DNA of 64,000 nt, taken from the NCBI GenBank assembly GCA_012295275.1, contig CM022679.1, forward strand, positions 20,956,001 through 21,020,000. The letters run 5' to 3'. Shown here piece by piece: positions 12,669 through 27,537 of the stretch (position 1 is the first letter of the stretch; every line of letters starts with the position of its first letter). The position numbers and the translations under genes were made by a program. This stretch comes from Chrysomallon squamiferum (lineage: Eukaryota; Animalia; Mollusca). The notes beneath the pieces were generated by a model. It worked only from the letters and a program-made list of their open reading frames with translations. It did no database searches and was not told the DNA's origin.

Positions 12669-15209
12669 AGATGAACCAATACGTACTGACCGTACAACAA
12701 ATAAACAACCTTACAGAACACAAACAAAATTATAATTTTTGTGCTAAATTGTTGACGATATTATTAATCATGATTACGATGATGGTGATGACGACGACGA
12801 TAATGATGATGATGATGGTGATAACAACATTAATAATAATCGTAATAAATAAATAAATAAAAATAATTTATTGTTTTGGTACATTCATTCGATTGCTAGT
12901 CATATGAAATGTCCATCATAACGGCTAAAACGACAGCACTAAAACGAAAAAACAAATAAAATAAAAAATAATAATAATAATAATAATAATAATAATTGAT
13001 AAAATTGAGTTAACTATTCACATTAAGAATTGTTATAAATATAGAGGAATATAATTTGATAAAATATGATTAATAAGCGACAGAGAAAGAAAAATACCTG
13101 CAATAATAACAATAATTATGATGATGATGAAGATGATGATGATGATGATGATAATAATAATAATAATTATTATTATTATTATTATTATTATTATTTTATT
13201 TTTATTGTTATTATTATTATTATTATTATTATAATTATGATTATTTTATTATTTTATTATTATTATTATTATTATTATTGTTATTATTATTATTATTATT
13301 ATGCTTTCATATTACGATATGTCTTGCACCTCTAGGCTAACTCACACAGAACAAAAATGACTCGCGTAGTACTGATATTATAACATTTTTACCTTTTGTC
13401 AATTAAACATAAGATTATATTTGTTCAAATTAAGCCGTAAAATTCATTTAATATAGCTGAAAATGAGCAGCAGTTCCAAGGAATAAAAAAATGTAGTAAA
13501 CAGTCTTTGACGCAATTACAGTGATATACTGTCTCCATGATATTTAAAAAAAAAAAAAAAATGTTTTGATGATCTAATACAGTGCTAAAATATTGAATAT
13601 TTCAACAACAGTATGAAAATACAAGAATTAAATCATTTTTTATTCGAGGGAGACTGTTAACACATTTAAATTATTTTTTGTTAAAGGGATTTTGTAACAC
13701 GTATTTTTTTATATAACTGTGAAATATATGATTTACGTATTGCAAGCTGCATAACGGTGCTCGGAGGAGAGCCACAGTTAAATTAAAATATCGCGTACAG
13801 TTTACATAGCTGACACGTTCATCTGTAACAAGTCCCCGCGGAGTGACATTAGACGTTAAATTTATGATGTATACAGCAGCGACTCGGGTTCAACACTCCG
13901 AGTTGTCACCTTTAAATTAATTTTTACAATGAATATTTAATATTGGATACTATTAATGCAATCCAATTAGAATTCGCGATAATTATTAATACAGCACACA
14001 TGCATGCACACATGCACACAAACACACTTAGATATACACATATTCTCATACACACACCAGTGCACATACATATATGCTCTAACGCACACATACGCACAAA
14101 CACACACATACAAAGAAAGTAAGACAGTGGTTAGATTAGGTACATGCATTTACTAATAGAGTTATTGATTTTACTGTTCAAGTGACAACATTAGCAGTGA
14201 CATCACTGCGGTGTGTATTCTTATTTACCACGGGAACAATTTGTTTAGTTTTAATTTTAAATTCTGTCAAAAAAACACCCGAAAACCACAGCAGACAAAA
14301 TGAAACTCTGAAACCCTTCACCTTGTTGTAACACGAAACATCAGTCTATCTATCTGCTGACTGACTCTAATTGAGATGTTCTATCTGGGCGGCAGAGACT
14401 GTTGTCTGATGTGGAAATATTAAGAGAAATAATTGAAAAGGATTCATTTCCCAAGCTAGTTTCCCATCAGTTCACTATCGCTGATCTTTGCCTTCCATGC
14501 GATCATTACCCAGTTGCCATTTCATTTGGCCATCGATTCGCCTCGTGTTTTACGACGGTTTTGTTGGACATAAAATTGACTGTTCTTCGATAGCGGTACA
14601 TGCTTGCTTATAACTGACAATTACTATAAAGCCATCGAAATTTTTAAACATCGTCCTAAAAAATCCTTGAATAAGTGGATTTTAAAAAACTGACATAAAA
14701 GTTTTATGAATTATAAAATGAGTTAGTGGCTCCCGATGAGAGTTGTAAAAAGTCGAAATAACTAAATAAACGAATGCAGAAGATAAATATTATTGTAAAG
14801 CGATTCTCGCGTGTCTTTGCTTAATTTACAACGCAACATTTGTCAGAATTGTGATGCATACTCAACAGCGGTCATGCGTGTTACGTACTACGTTTTTATG
14901 TTGAAATATTTTACACGAGGGAACAGTTAGATGTATTTGTTTTATTTCTGGAGTCAGATGATGATGTATGTCACCTTTTCTTCTCAGTCCTTTAAATTAA
15001 CTCCAGCTGTGTGCTTCATTCTTAATTATATGTTTTATATAATTACTTGTGTGTAATAATTAGGTATTTTACGAACCATTATTATGTTAAAGTCAGTTAT
15101 TTCCTATTCTGTATAATAGTTTTTGTGCATCATAATTTTGTTAACGTTAGAGACTGTATGTACCATAATTATGTCAACTTACATAATAGTTGTCAATCAT
15201 AGTTAAGCT

Positions 15210-15700
15210 AAGGTTATGAATTACGTATTTTATATAATAGTTTTTGTGTACCACAATTCTGTTCAGATTAGGGATTACGTATTAATTTATGTAACAGGTT
15301 TTTATATAATAGTTTTTGTGTATCACAATTCTGTTAACGTAAGGAATTACGTATTAATTTATGTTATGGTTTTTTATATATTAGTTTTTGTGTATCACAA
15401 TTCTGTTAACGTAAGTGAATACGTATTAATTTATGTAATAGTTTTTTATATAGCAGTTTTTGTGTCACAGTTCTCTTAAGGTTAGGGTTTACGTATTAAT
15501 TTATGTAATAGTTTTTGTGTACCGTACAGAACTATATTAAGATAGGGCATTATGCATTTTTTTTTATAACAGATGCATATAATAATTACTTTAAGGTTAG
15601 GGATTATGTGTTTTGTGTAATAACTGCCCATCATAATTACGTTAAGTTAGGGATTATTTGTTTTATATATGTTTTATATAATAGCTTTGCAACATAATTA
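15210..15700. repeat. AT-rich ~66-bp degenerate minisatellite
   Basis: Repeated attacgtattaatttatgt...ttttatata..agtttttgtgta.cacaattctgttaacgt units, about 4-5 clear copies, decaying at the edges. Confidence 0.75.
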
Positions 15701-17683
15701 TGTTGCAGTCAGTGTTTATGTATTTCATATTATTGTCAATAGCTGCATAACATGTAAATCTTCGTGGTTAAAGCAAGAAGTAATGTGCTTTCAGTTAAGA
15801 CCAGTTATTTTAATTTTTAAATTAAAGTTATTATTAAATTTGTGATTAAATGAATATATATTTACAATAATAAACATACATACATACCTTTATTGAATGT
15901 ATCTTTCTCTGTCTCTTTTTTTTTTCTATTTGTCTTTCTTTATATTTAACAATCAATTAATCAGACACTGTCTCTCTTTCTCAATCTATCAATCTCTCGT
16001 CTCTCTCATTTTTTTCCTCTTAATTCTAAATCCTTATTTAATTCATTCGGAGAAAATAGGTTTTTTTTTTTCTCCTCTAAACAAGATACTGTAACCTTTT
16101 ACTTCTTTCTTGCTTCAGATATTTGCAAGATTTTTTCTCTTACAATTTACAGACGTTACCAAACAGCCTCTGACCGCGCAACCCAATACAAGAATAAAAT
16201 AAATTCCCTGCTGAAATTCAGAATGATAGGATCAACAATTGCTCATCGTTAGCCGAGATGGAAATTGTTGTGAGTGAGGCTGTTCTGAAGCAAGTTAATA
16301 TAACTGTCAGCCTGGCCCACGCTGAAAATATCATTATTAACTAAATAGGCAATCAGCGAGTTTAGCACATAACAGAGATGAGCTTAAAGTAGTACTGCGT
16401 TTAGACGACGGACAAGAAGAAGATGATTATGATGAAGAAGAAGAAGAAGAAAAAAAAAAAGAAAAAAAGAAAAAAAAAGAAAGAAGCAGAAGAAGAAAAG
16501 AAGAAGAAAGAAAAAGAAAGGAGAAGAAGAAGAAAGAAAGAAAAAGAAGAAAGAAAGAACGAACAAGAAAATGAAGAAAAAGACGAACGAAGAAGAAAAA
16601 AGAAAGGATAAGAAGATGAAGAAAAAATAAAGGAGAACAAGACGATGGTGGTATTAAGAGAAAGAAAAAATCTATTGACTTCTTCGACAGTAACATAGTG
16701 CATCATTTGCTCTAAAGAATTTAAAGTAAATAATTCAGTTATGTACAGTAATTTGGTAGCCAGCTCCATTATCTATCTGTACATCCATCTAAAATGTCTC
16801 GTCCTTCATTTGTCTTTCATTCGTCCTACTAAATTCTGTTTATTTTGCTAATACGTATATTCAGCTTTTTTATCCATCCATCCATCGTTGAATTTAAATT
16901 TTGTATGTTTCATTTTACATACACGATGAATCAAAAATAAATAAATTAATTAATTAATTAAAAATAATAATAATAATGATTATGAAGATGATGATGGCGA
17001 TGATAATAATAATGATATAGAGGATGATGATAATAATAATAATAATAATTAATTTAGTTTAAAAACAAACAAAAAAACAACGCCAGTTCTCTCTAAATTT
17101 CTCGTTTTCACCACAGCGAAGAAGTGAATATGGACCACGAGTTCACTTTTCGTCTAAAAATAAACGCAGTAACGAGATTTGACACGTAAGAATCTTAATT
17201 CAATTCCCAACCATTTCTAGTGGAATCAGCAACTCTGAGATTAACTCCTGGAGATTGTTTCCAATTTGAAAACCGGCTGGAGTGTTCTGATTGTTCTTTT
17301 TTTTTTCTTTTCTTTTCTTTCTCTGTGTTGTCCACTGATTGGTCAAATTACGTGTAATAACTACAGCGAGATGTAGACACGACATTTAAACGTCTTCTTT
17401 TTTTTTTTATTTATTTTTTATTTATTTTTTTCTTTCAAGAGCAGGAATGTCTCGATGTTTTTGTCTCAAAGGTCTGTTGATCTGTTATCGTTTGCTGTTT
17501 CGATTGCTTTATTTCTTCTTTAACGTTTATGGCCTACGTTTTCTAACACAGTATTTCGCGAAACCTTTTAAAGTTGTTTATAATGCACAAAACCATTGAG
17601 AAGTGAATGTTTTGATTCACAGTGTTATGTAATGCTTTGGAGCGCTATTTTAAAAATCCCAGTAATAACAATAATAATAATAA

Positions 17684-17714
<31 letters not shown>

Positions 17715-18444
17715 AAGAAGAAAAATAATAATAAATAAAATAAAATAAAATAAAATAAAATAAAATAAAATAAAATAATTAAATTAAAAACAATCAAAAG
17801 AAAGAAATTAAAGTCATAATAAAAACATTTAAAAAAAAAAAGTAAAATTAATCCCATCCTTGACAAACGGAAAATAATAAACAACGTAAATAATAAAGAA
17901 GAAATAAAAACAATAAAAATACGAAGTAAAAAAAAACGAAAAAAAAACAACAACACGAAAACACCCCTTTTTTGTCTCCCCGAAAATTCTAACCTGAAAT
18001 GTTTTCATACAGCAATAGAAAGACAGGCAGCCTTCAGCAGTAAGAACTATTGATTGTCTATTCAAAGTAAATTAATACTCGAGCTAAAAGCCAAAGGTTT
18101 ACGGAATTCATTTCACAGATAATCTGCAATTCATCATGGTTCATTAAGAATTATCTAAATCGTGTGATTATCTCCCTCAAGTACTTCACTCATAATGAAA
18201 CAAGGCCGGGCGCGTTTATAAAAAAAAAAAAAAAAAAAAAAATTCCTTTATGTCTGCATGTTTTAACCCGACGCCAAATTTGTAGCAAATCGACGAAGCA
18301 TTTATCTACGTGAAGTATCGCTGGTAGTCAGTCCACAACGATTTACTTACAATCGATTTTGGGAAGTTGATTTTCACCCTGACTATTTTCTTGATTAATC
18401 TTGCTAACTGGTACCGTTTGAAATGTGACTTAATTTTAAAATGA

Positions 18445-18485
<41 letters not shown>

Positions 18486-18708
18486 ACAAACTATACACTT
18501 TTTTCTTCTTTTTTTTCTCCAAGTTTTGTTTGTTTTCTTTTAATGTTTGTATGTTATGTGTGAATGTATGTATGTATGTATGTATGTATGTATGTGTGTG
18601 TGTGTGTATGTATGTATGTGTATATGTGTTGTATGTGTGTGTATGTATGTATGTATGTATGTATGTATGTATGTATGTACGTATGAATTAATGTGTGTAT
18701 GTATGAAT

Positions 18709-18760
<52 letters not shown>

Positions 18761-19316
18761 CAGAGAGACAGACATAATGGCGACGGAGAGAGAGAGAAAG
18801 TGTTTGTTATACTGTGTGATATATTCGCTGTAGAGTTCTGGTTTTGATAAAAAGGTTAGACAAACACTGAAGTGTACAGTAATTTGATCTGTTGTCTGAC
18901 ACACTTGACGTGTCCAGCTCTGCACAGTCCACCTGACACATTTCTCTGTTTGTATTCAATTCTGCATGCCTCGAATCATCCTTCCACTGTTAACTTTATT
19001 TGTTCAGCGGGAGGATCTGGCGTAGTTCGGCTGGAGAGCAAACTCACAGTGGATTTAATGGTATTTGCACACATGTAGATCTAGCACGTTCGTGTAGCAT
19101 GAAACTTTTATAATTAGCAGCCTTCATAATAAACAAATAAACTCTGAACTGAAGATAAATATACAAAAACATAAAGTCTGAACTAATGTGAGATATGTAA
19201 CTGCTGACCTCTGTATTAAATTCATGATAATATCAGAAATCATTAATCAGATGTCTTTGTAAAATAGGTATTTCGTAATTTCTGAATAAAATACATAAAC
19301 ACTAACCTCCACGTAG

Positions 19317-19827
19317 CAGACATATCTACTGACCTCACAAAAAACTACTGATCTAAATGTAACAGACATATCTACTGACCTCACACAAAACTACTGATCT
19401 AAATGTAACAGACATATCTACTGACCTCACACAAAACTACTGATCTAAATGTAACAGACATATCTACTGACCTCACACAAAACTACTGATCTAAATGTAA
19501 CAAATATCTACTGACCTCTAAAATGTAACAGACATATCTACTGACCTCACACAAAACTACTGATCTAAATGTAACAGACATATCTACTGATTTCACACAA
19601 AACTACTGATCTAAATGTAACAGACATATTTACTGACCTCACACAAAACTACTGATCTAAATGTAACAGACATATCTACTGATTTCACACAAAACTACTG
19701 ATCTAAATGTAACAGACATATCTACTGATTTCACACAAAACTACTGATCTAAATGTAACAGACATATCTATTGATTTCACACAAAACTACTGATCTAAAT
19801 ATAACAGACATATCTACTGATTTCACA
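19317..19827. repeat. 46-bp minisatellite, ~11 copies
   Basis: Unit CAGACATATCTACTGACCTCACACAAAACTACTGATCTAAATGTAA. The CC>TT variant is concentrated in the 3' half, with one truncated unit near 19500. Confidence 0.95.
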
Positions 19828-22703
19828 GTAGAAACGTCACAAATTAATTTATGCTAAAACAAAAATGCGAGATGGCAACCGTAATCATTAAACTTATATT
19901 GTACAATGGTTTTGAATGATATTTTGGACATAACTCGATTATTTCTAAGTTTCACACGGTGATTTACATCTTACAAGAACAGAGTGTGTCACCGAGGCCA
20001 GACATTTCAGACATCTATAAACACCGAGTAACGCACTCGTTTTTATTTTTATTACTGTTGGATCTTGCTAAACATTCATTTATTTATTCATTTATAGACA
20101 AAACGTTTAAGTATTAGAGATCTCAATAAATAAAAAAATCCGATATTTCTTTAAACAAAACCTCTTAACGAAATACGCGCGTCACTCTTCAAGGCCGGCG
20201 GTTTTTCGATCTCGAAATCCAGTTGCAAGTGAAGTCTTCTAGTATTAATTTCGTTCGGGCCGTCAACGTTTTTTTTCCTGACAACTGAGAACGGAGCATC
20301 ATGCCTCAAAGACGACAGGAGGACTGATGCTGTAAGTAATGTGATCAGGAGAATGCATTTCGCGAATTAAACAGAGCGACACGTCTCCGATGTGATGCCA
20401 GGTATCTTTAACGCAGCACTCTGTCTTCATGAGACAAATCCAGATATCGCTAACAACAAGGCGTCTGTGAGTGCAAGATGTCCAGATAATCAGCCAATCA
20501 TTCAGCTCCTGGCTTGGTAATTTTCATACGTTAGATTAACTCACTAACGCGGACTAGACAGACGACTACTTTCAACTTCTATTTATGTCAGTCATGCAGA
20601 TAAATTTATTACCAGTGACAGAAATATTTTGTATGATTATGAAATAAAACAGAAGACACAAAGGAAAATGATTCTGCAACGAAGCTTATACCATCTTCTT
20701 AAATTCTGTCAGCTTGTTAATAAAAGCGACGCTTTATGGATATCACTTTCAAATTCCGTTCATCCATCTGTCTATCACTTTGTTTGTGACAACCAACCAA
20801 CAAGACATCCAACCCTTTTACCGTCCATCCATCCTTTCATCCGTCAGTCACCCAATTATCCATTATCTCTTCACCTTTTCATTCAAAATCCATATTAGGT
20901 ATTTGACAATATCTTACTCTTGGCAATAAAGTCATGTATCGAAGGGAATTAATAAAGGTGGATCTTATCGTTCTCGTTAACCGAAATAGCCGATGTTTAC
21001 ACTGCACTAGAGTATCCATAAAACATCACTGATATTTAAATACCAAAACTTAATGTCGTCATCTGTCAAATAAACAAAACCGCTAAGAATACAAATGTAA
21101 CCTAGCATTCTTGCAGATAAATAATAAATAACATATAAATATAAAATAATCTAAATAAATAATACAAAAAAATAATAAATAAAACGCACAAAATAATATG
21201 AAAGTAATATAATTAAACAATAAAAAAAAAAAAAAAAAAAAACAACAACATTTAAATAACATAAAATATATATATATATATATATATAATAATTTAAAAA
21301 ATAAATAAAAAGATTAAATAATAAAAGTGGCATCCTTCTCGAGAATGTCTGAACTGTAGAAGACTTTAATGTTTGTGAAATGTGTCGCTGAATAATGTAA
21401 CATGACGCTTTTCTATAAAAATCTTGTTCAGTTAGTATCAAACAGTTATTATCAGTTTATGCTGCTTCGGCTTCGTAAAACAATAAATAAAATAGACAGG
21501 CCTGAGTGGTCGTTTTACAGCCAGCAGATCATTTTGAAAAGTTTACTGGTTGGACACTTCTTCACCTATTGACATGAAAAAGTGAAAAAGAAACACTTAA
21601 TAATAATATTTAAAAAAAAAAAAAAAAAAAAAAGTTATGTATTTTTCATCGTAAAGAAAATTTAGTTTCAATGATATTAATTTAATTTAAACCAAAAAAA
21701 TAATAATAAAAAATAACAATCCTAAAAGCCACCAACAAAACAAAACACAAACAAAAAAAACAAACAAACAACAGCAAAACATCAGTCATAATAATTGCTG
21801 TTAGCGGTTAGAGCGGTTAGAGCGGTTAGAGCAATACTGATAGTAATTTCAACACAAGAAGTAATAGAAGTTGTTGTTGTAGTAGTAGTGGTAGTAGTAG
21901 TAGTAATAGTAGTAATAATAATAGTTTTAATAAAAAGTGCAACAGTTGCAGTTGTTGCAGTTGTTGCTGCTTTGTAATTTGGAAGGTAGAAAAAGTGAAG
22001 ACGATATTGCCGCTGTTCTAACTGTTGGTATTCGTGTAATCATTTTTATTTTTATTTATTTAAAAAAAAATTTTTATTCGTAATTAAATTACAAAATAAT
22101 ACACGTAATTTAATTGTATATCACCACAACTCACTAACATCTCTATGCAGCATCCCTATTAGGAAAATTCAGCATATTAATTTCCCACGTTTTACAAGTG
22201 TTGGTATTAATCGATAGACGCACATTGTCCGGCGGGCAGTCTTCCATTCTAAACGAGTGACTTGGGATTCCTCTCTGCGCTACGTTTAACTGGTACTGAT
22301 ATCTACAATAAGAAGTACTCTTCTTCTTAATAACAGACAATGCCGTAGAAAACTATTGTTGTTAGCGCAAGAGCGAGCCACTGTCAAATACCATTAGTCA
22401 ATGTTTCGGTCAGTTTGTTGTTAATGGTTTTATTAGCGGCATTAACAGAATCATGCTTCTGCGTCTTCGACGGGCAGATGGGCCGGATGAAGAAGAAACA
22501 ATTTTTTTGTCAAGACTAAACTTGTAACTAGGCTATGTATAGCTCGACAGCGAAAGACAAGTGTTTTAATTTGGAGAACTGTCTCGTTGCTTGATGGACC
22601 AAACGAACACTGGGTGGTAGGTGTAACTCCCCTGATGCCATTCGTTAATGGACTAAAGATCGACCGGTACTCGGCAAAGAAGAGGGAAGTTCTGTTTTAG
22701 CGG

Positions 22704-22913
22704 TATAAAAAGAAGCAGGGGTGTTTCTAGAACAACCGAAAACTGCTAATGTCTCTGTCACGTAGCGAAACGTAACTTTTAAAGAGCGCGACTCGGTTAA
22801 CGTGACGACGCTAGGAAGATGCCCGGCAGTCCTCTTGGAGCTTTCCGCGGAAACAGCTGTCTGGCAGCGGTCGTGGGATGAAGAGGTGAAACATTCTCGT
22901 GTCTAACTGCAAG
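22704..22913 (+). promoter_or_regulatory. Candidate TATA box and non-coding first exon, possibly for TARP-like paralogue A
   Basis: TATAAAA at 22704-22710, followed by ~200 bp of CpG-rich non-repetitive sequence ending in CAAG|GTAGGA (donor at 22914). The first coding exon of paralogue A has an acceptor (ttttcag, 32491-32497) upstream of its ATG, implying an upstream UTR exon. Confidence 0.3.
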
Positions 22914-24926
22914 GTAGGAGTAAACAGAAACTAGGCTCTGGATGGTATTTATTTACTTGTTTCTTGTCTGTTGACTGTTCAGTTAACTTCACACACACGC
23001 ACACGCACACACACACACATACACTTATGTTTTTGTTTAAATGTTTTATATCTTTTATTATTTCAAAAGTAAACAATTTATAAATAAAGATTACTATACA
23101 TGTACATATATATATATAATTTTATTTGTATATTTGTTTATTTTAAAAATATTTTAGCTTGTTTTCATATCATAAATAACCTCTTTAAAAAGTTATAGTT
23201 TATTTATTTCTATACTATTTATTTAACTGTTTACATATTTTTCAATTTTTTTTTTTTTCTTTATTTTTTATTAATTGCTTTCTTTGTTTATTAATTTAAT
23301 TTGATTTAATTTAATTTAATTTTTTTTTATTTTATTTTATTTAATTTTATTTAATTTTATTTAATTTTTTTATTTTCAGTTTATTTACTTTATTTACTAT
23401 CCACTCACTTGCTCATTGCTTTATTTATTTAGACGCATACATTGTCTAGTTAATTATTTATAGTGACATTTGTAGTCACTTAGGTTTAGTTAAATATTTA
23501 GACTTTATTAATAAAATAGTTTTGGACGGTTCAAGGTTGGACCGGAATATCAGAAAGAGGACGCCATGACTATTTTGAAATATGAAAATATGAAATGAGT
23601 TTTATTGTAAGTAAAAAAAAAAATAATAATAAAAAAGATAAATAAATAAAAAACAAACAAATGTTTCTTAGAAAGTATACGCAGCCTTAGAAAGTTAGAT
23701 GCAGCACTTTCTGGATCGGGAAATAATTATATCTGAAATTAAATGTTTAAATTGTGTCATGACATTTTCTGAAACGATGTTTTGTATTTCAGTTTAAAGA
23801 TAAAAAAAATGTGTTTTGTTTTTTTTCGTTAAGATTTTGTCGTTGTTTTTTTTTTTTTTTTTTTTTTTTGTTGTGTTTGTTTTTTTTTTTGTGTGTTTGT
23901 GTTCTTGTTGTTTTAATTTACATCTTTTTATTTTTTTTTTTTTTTTTTGTTTTAATGATCTGCTCTGGAACATTTCTGTTGAACTTGTATTGTTATTTGA
24001 ATGAACGTAAACAAAAATGTGTTTTATAAGCGCTGAACACGAAACGATAACTATTGATTTGTATCTACATTCGCCTGTGGCTGAAGCACGCTATTTTGGT
24101 AACCTTTGAAGATCTTTAAGTGACATCATTTTGCTTATAGCCATGAGAAAAAAAAAAAGAAGGAATACGTATGTATATATATATATGTATGTATTATCTA
24201 TGTAACTGAAATATCAAAAAATACAAAAAATAAATTAAAACTCATGGCTGGAATATTATTATTCAGTTACACAAAAGCTCTAAAAGATTAGCTAAAAGTG
24301 TAATTTTACAATTCTACAACTATTATTATAGTTATTGTATTTAAAAGCACAAGCAGATATTTATGTTTGATATAGTAATCACTGTTTGAGAACAGTAACA
24401 GTCATTACTCCACGGATTGCTCTTGTCGAGGAGGAAGTAATGAATCTTTTTACATGCACCTTATCTTTAATATCATGACCTTTGTTAACAAAACAAAAAG
24501 AAAAAGAAAAAGAAAATTTTAAAATTTATAAAAAAATTATCCTTTAAGCTTCCGGCTTGAACCGGTACACCATGTTCAGTTTTATGGTGTATTTTATTTT
24601 ATAAAATATTTTTAATCTGAAAAGAAAGTAGGACAAAAATATAAAGAATTTGATAATAAAAGTGAAATATTTCAGTTATTGTTTTACGTTGAAACCAGCA
24701 TGCTTTCCAACGATCCGACAGCAGTTTATTTATAAATTCGTACACAAGGGAACTCACTCGCTATTTGCGTACTCTGTGATCTTTACTGGTGCCTCACGTT
24801 CGCAGTTCTGGCTCTGTCAGGACGGAAATACATGTGTTGTGGTTATATGTAATAATGAACCGTGGTTTATGTCATTAAGTCTTGGAAGCGGTTCCTTGAA
24901 AAAATATTCTGATTCGGTTGTTTATT

Positions 24927-25590
24927 AATAATATTCAGACATGGTTGTTTGTAGATAATATTCAGACATGGTTGTTTGTTGATAATATTCAGACATGGTT
25001 GTTTGTAGATAATATTTAGACATGGTTGTTTATATATAATATTCTGATACGGTTGTTTGTTGATAATATTCAGACATGGTTGTTTGTAGATAATATTTAG
25101 ACATGGTTGTTTATATATAATATTCTGATACGGTTGTTTGTTGATAATATTCAGACATGGTTGTTTGTAGATAATATTCTGATACGGTTGTTTGTTGATA
25201 ATATTCAGACATGTTGTTTATATCTAATATTCTGATACCGTTGTTTGTTGATAATATTCAGACATGGTTGTTTGTTGCTAATATTCTGACATGGTTGTTT
25301 ATATATAATATTCTGATACGGTTGTTTGTTGATAATATTCAGACATGGGTGTTTGTAGATAATATTCAGACATGGTTGTTTGTAGATAATATTCAGACAT
25401 GGTTGTTTGTTGATAATATTCAGACATGGTTGTTTGTTGATAATATTCAGACATAGTTGTTTGTAGATAATATTCAGACATAGCTGTTTGTAGATAATAT
25501 TCTGATACGGTTGTTTGTTGATAATATTCACACATGGTTGTTTGAGATAATATTCTGGCACGGTTTTTTTGTAGATGATACTGAGACATG
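24927..25590. repeat. 27-bp minisatellite, ~24 copies, with a degenerate tail to ~26200
   Basis: Unit TAATATTCAGACATGGTTGTTTGT(A/T)GA with recurring variant TAATATTCTGATACGGTTG. Confidence 0.95.
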
Positions 25591-25746
25591 TTTATCGGTA
25601 ATGTTCAGAATTTGTTATGTGTAATTTCACATTTTGTCTTTAATACTGAGAAATCTGTTACTAATGTGACCATCTCTGGTATTCATCTTGTCTTTAATAC
25701 CCATTAACTACATCTATTAACTAGCTATTATTCAGACATTGTTATC

Positions 25747-25834
<88 letters not shown>

Positions 25835-26494
25835 CAAATATGCATCATTCGCTAACATTTATACTTGGTACAAGTAACAGACATAACATCCGTACTTGAA
25901 TATTATGTCTAATATTGAAGATATCCTTAATTAATATTGAAACGTAACTATCTTTGATATCCAAACATTATCGTTCACACTCAGACATGGCTATCTGTAA
26001 TATTCATACATTGATATCTGCAGTATTCAAATACCGTTTTCTCTAACAGTGAGATAACTGTAATTAACTCTCTGTTATCTAGACGTTTATTAAACGTTTA
26101 GTATTCTGAAGCCCTCCATCGGTAATTAATATTTTCACATGGCTCTGTCTACTGAATAACCAAGCGTTGTTTATCTGAGTTTGTCACCCTAACTACTTAT
26201 CCGTAATCTCTATTCAGAGAAACGCATATTTAACTGTTATCCCGACAAGGACACAAGATTAGCCAGGGAAGAGTCGGCTACGGCGGGATTACTCGGCTAA
26301 TTTCTGATTCAATGCCGGGATTACGACTCCAGCCAGTCCTGCAGTGCCCAGTGGTCTGCGCGGCCCGGTCAAGGTCATTGCGTAGACACTGAACGAATCA
26401 GCGCTATCCTTTCTGCAGGGAAGTGAAAGAATGTAAAAAGATCTGTTGTTGATGAACAATCCCAAGAGAAAAGCTTAAATGTTGTGTTTGTTCT

Positions 26495-26527
<33 letters not shown>

Positions 26528-26698
26528 CACTAGAACAGGAATATTTAATAGAGCTTTTTCTTCCGTGATTAGTGGTTTGACATTAAGAACGTTTATTTTA
26601 TTTTTTTTTTTTTTTTTGTTAACATAATCAGATTTTTATATTTATTTTTATTACTGTTGTTGCTTTTATTATTGTTGTTAATGCTGTTGTTGTTATTG

Positions 26699-26744
<46 letters not shown>

Positions 26745-27537
26745 TTCTTGTATATATATGTCGTGTATGTACTAGTTCGTTTTTTTTTTTTTTTTTTTTT
26801 ATATGGATTTTGTATATATGTGTGTATATGCGTATTTATGTATTTATGAATTAATGCATCTGTCTGATCAGGTGTTTGAATATGCACTTCCGGGTATCTA
26901 TGTACGTCTGCATACAGTATGTCCATACATTATAGGTACTTGTATCCATGCGTGTATGTGTATATATATATATATGTATGTATAGCTACAACGTAGTGAT
27001 GCATATATGGGTTTTTCTGCTTATTTGTGCGTACATGTTTTGTTTTCTTATGCATACGTGTTTGCATGTTCATATATGTCGATATGTGTGTGTACGAGCA
27101 CCTGTTTGTATGCTTTTGTTTTCGTACATGTCTGTATGTGTGTGTGTGTGTGTTTTTTTTTGGGGGTTACTATTTGTGTATTTATGTGTTTTTCTATGTG
27201 TGTGTTTGTATATGTTTATGCACAATAAGAATTTTTTGGTGGTATGTTGCTTGTTTGTATATTCATAGGGTTGTTTGAATATGTTGTATGCTTGTGTGTA
27301 TGTATATATATATATATACACATGACTGTGTATGTATGTGTGTATATATGTGTTTGAATCCACGATAAAAGATGACCCGGTTCAATGGTTGGTAAGACAG
27401 AAAACAGATCCCAGCAGATCAGTTAACAGCGATGTTCCGTGTGATTACGTATTCTGATATCGCATGTTGTGTTTTCTTTCTCAGTGGACACGATTTTTGA
27501 GAGATAAAGTTTTTTTGACTGGGTTATTTTTTTTCTG

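Noticed and set aside
16384-16769. Lys/Glu-rich and Phe-rich ORFs, and similar poly-LS, poly-ER, YI and CV ORFs throughout the window
   Set aside because: Translations of purine-rich or dinucleotide microsatellites.
25205-25589. ORFs with KQPCLNIIY / QTTMSEYYQ 9-aa repeats
   Set aside because: By-products of a 27-bp (multiple of 3) minisatellite that is open in several frames on both strands. No splice or domain support.
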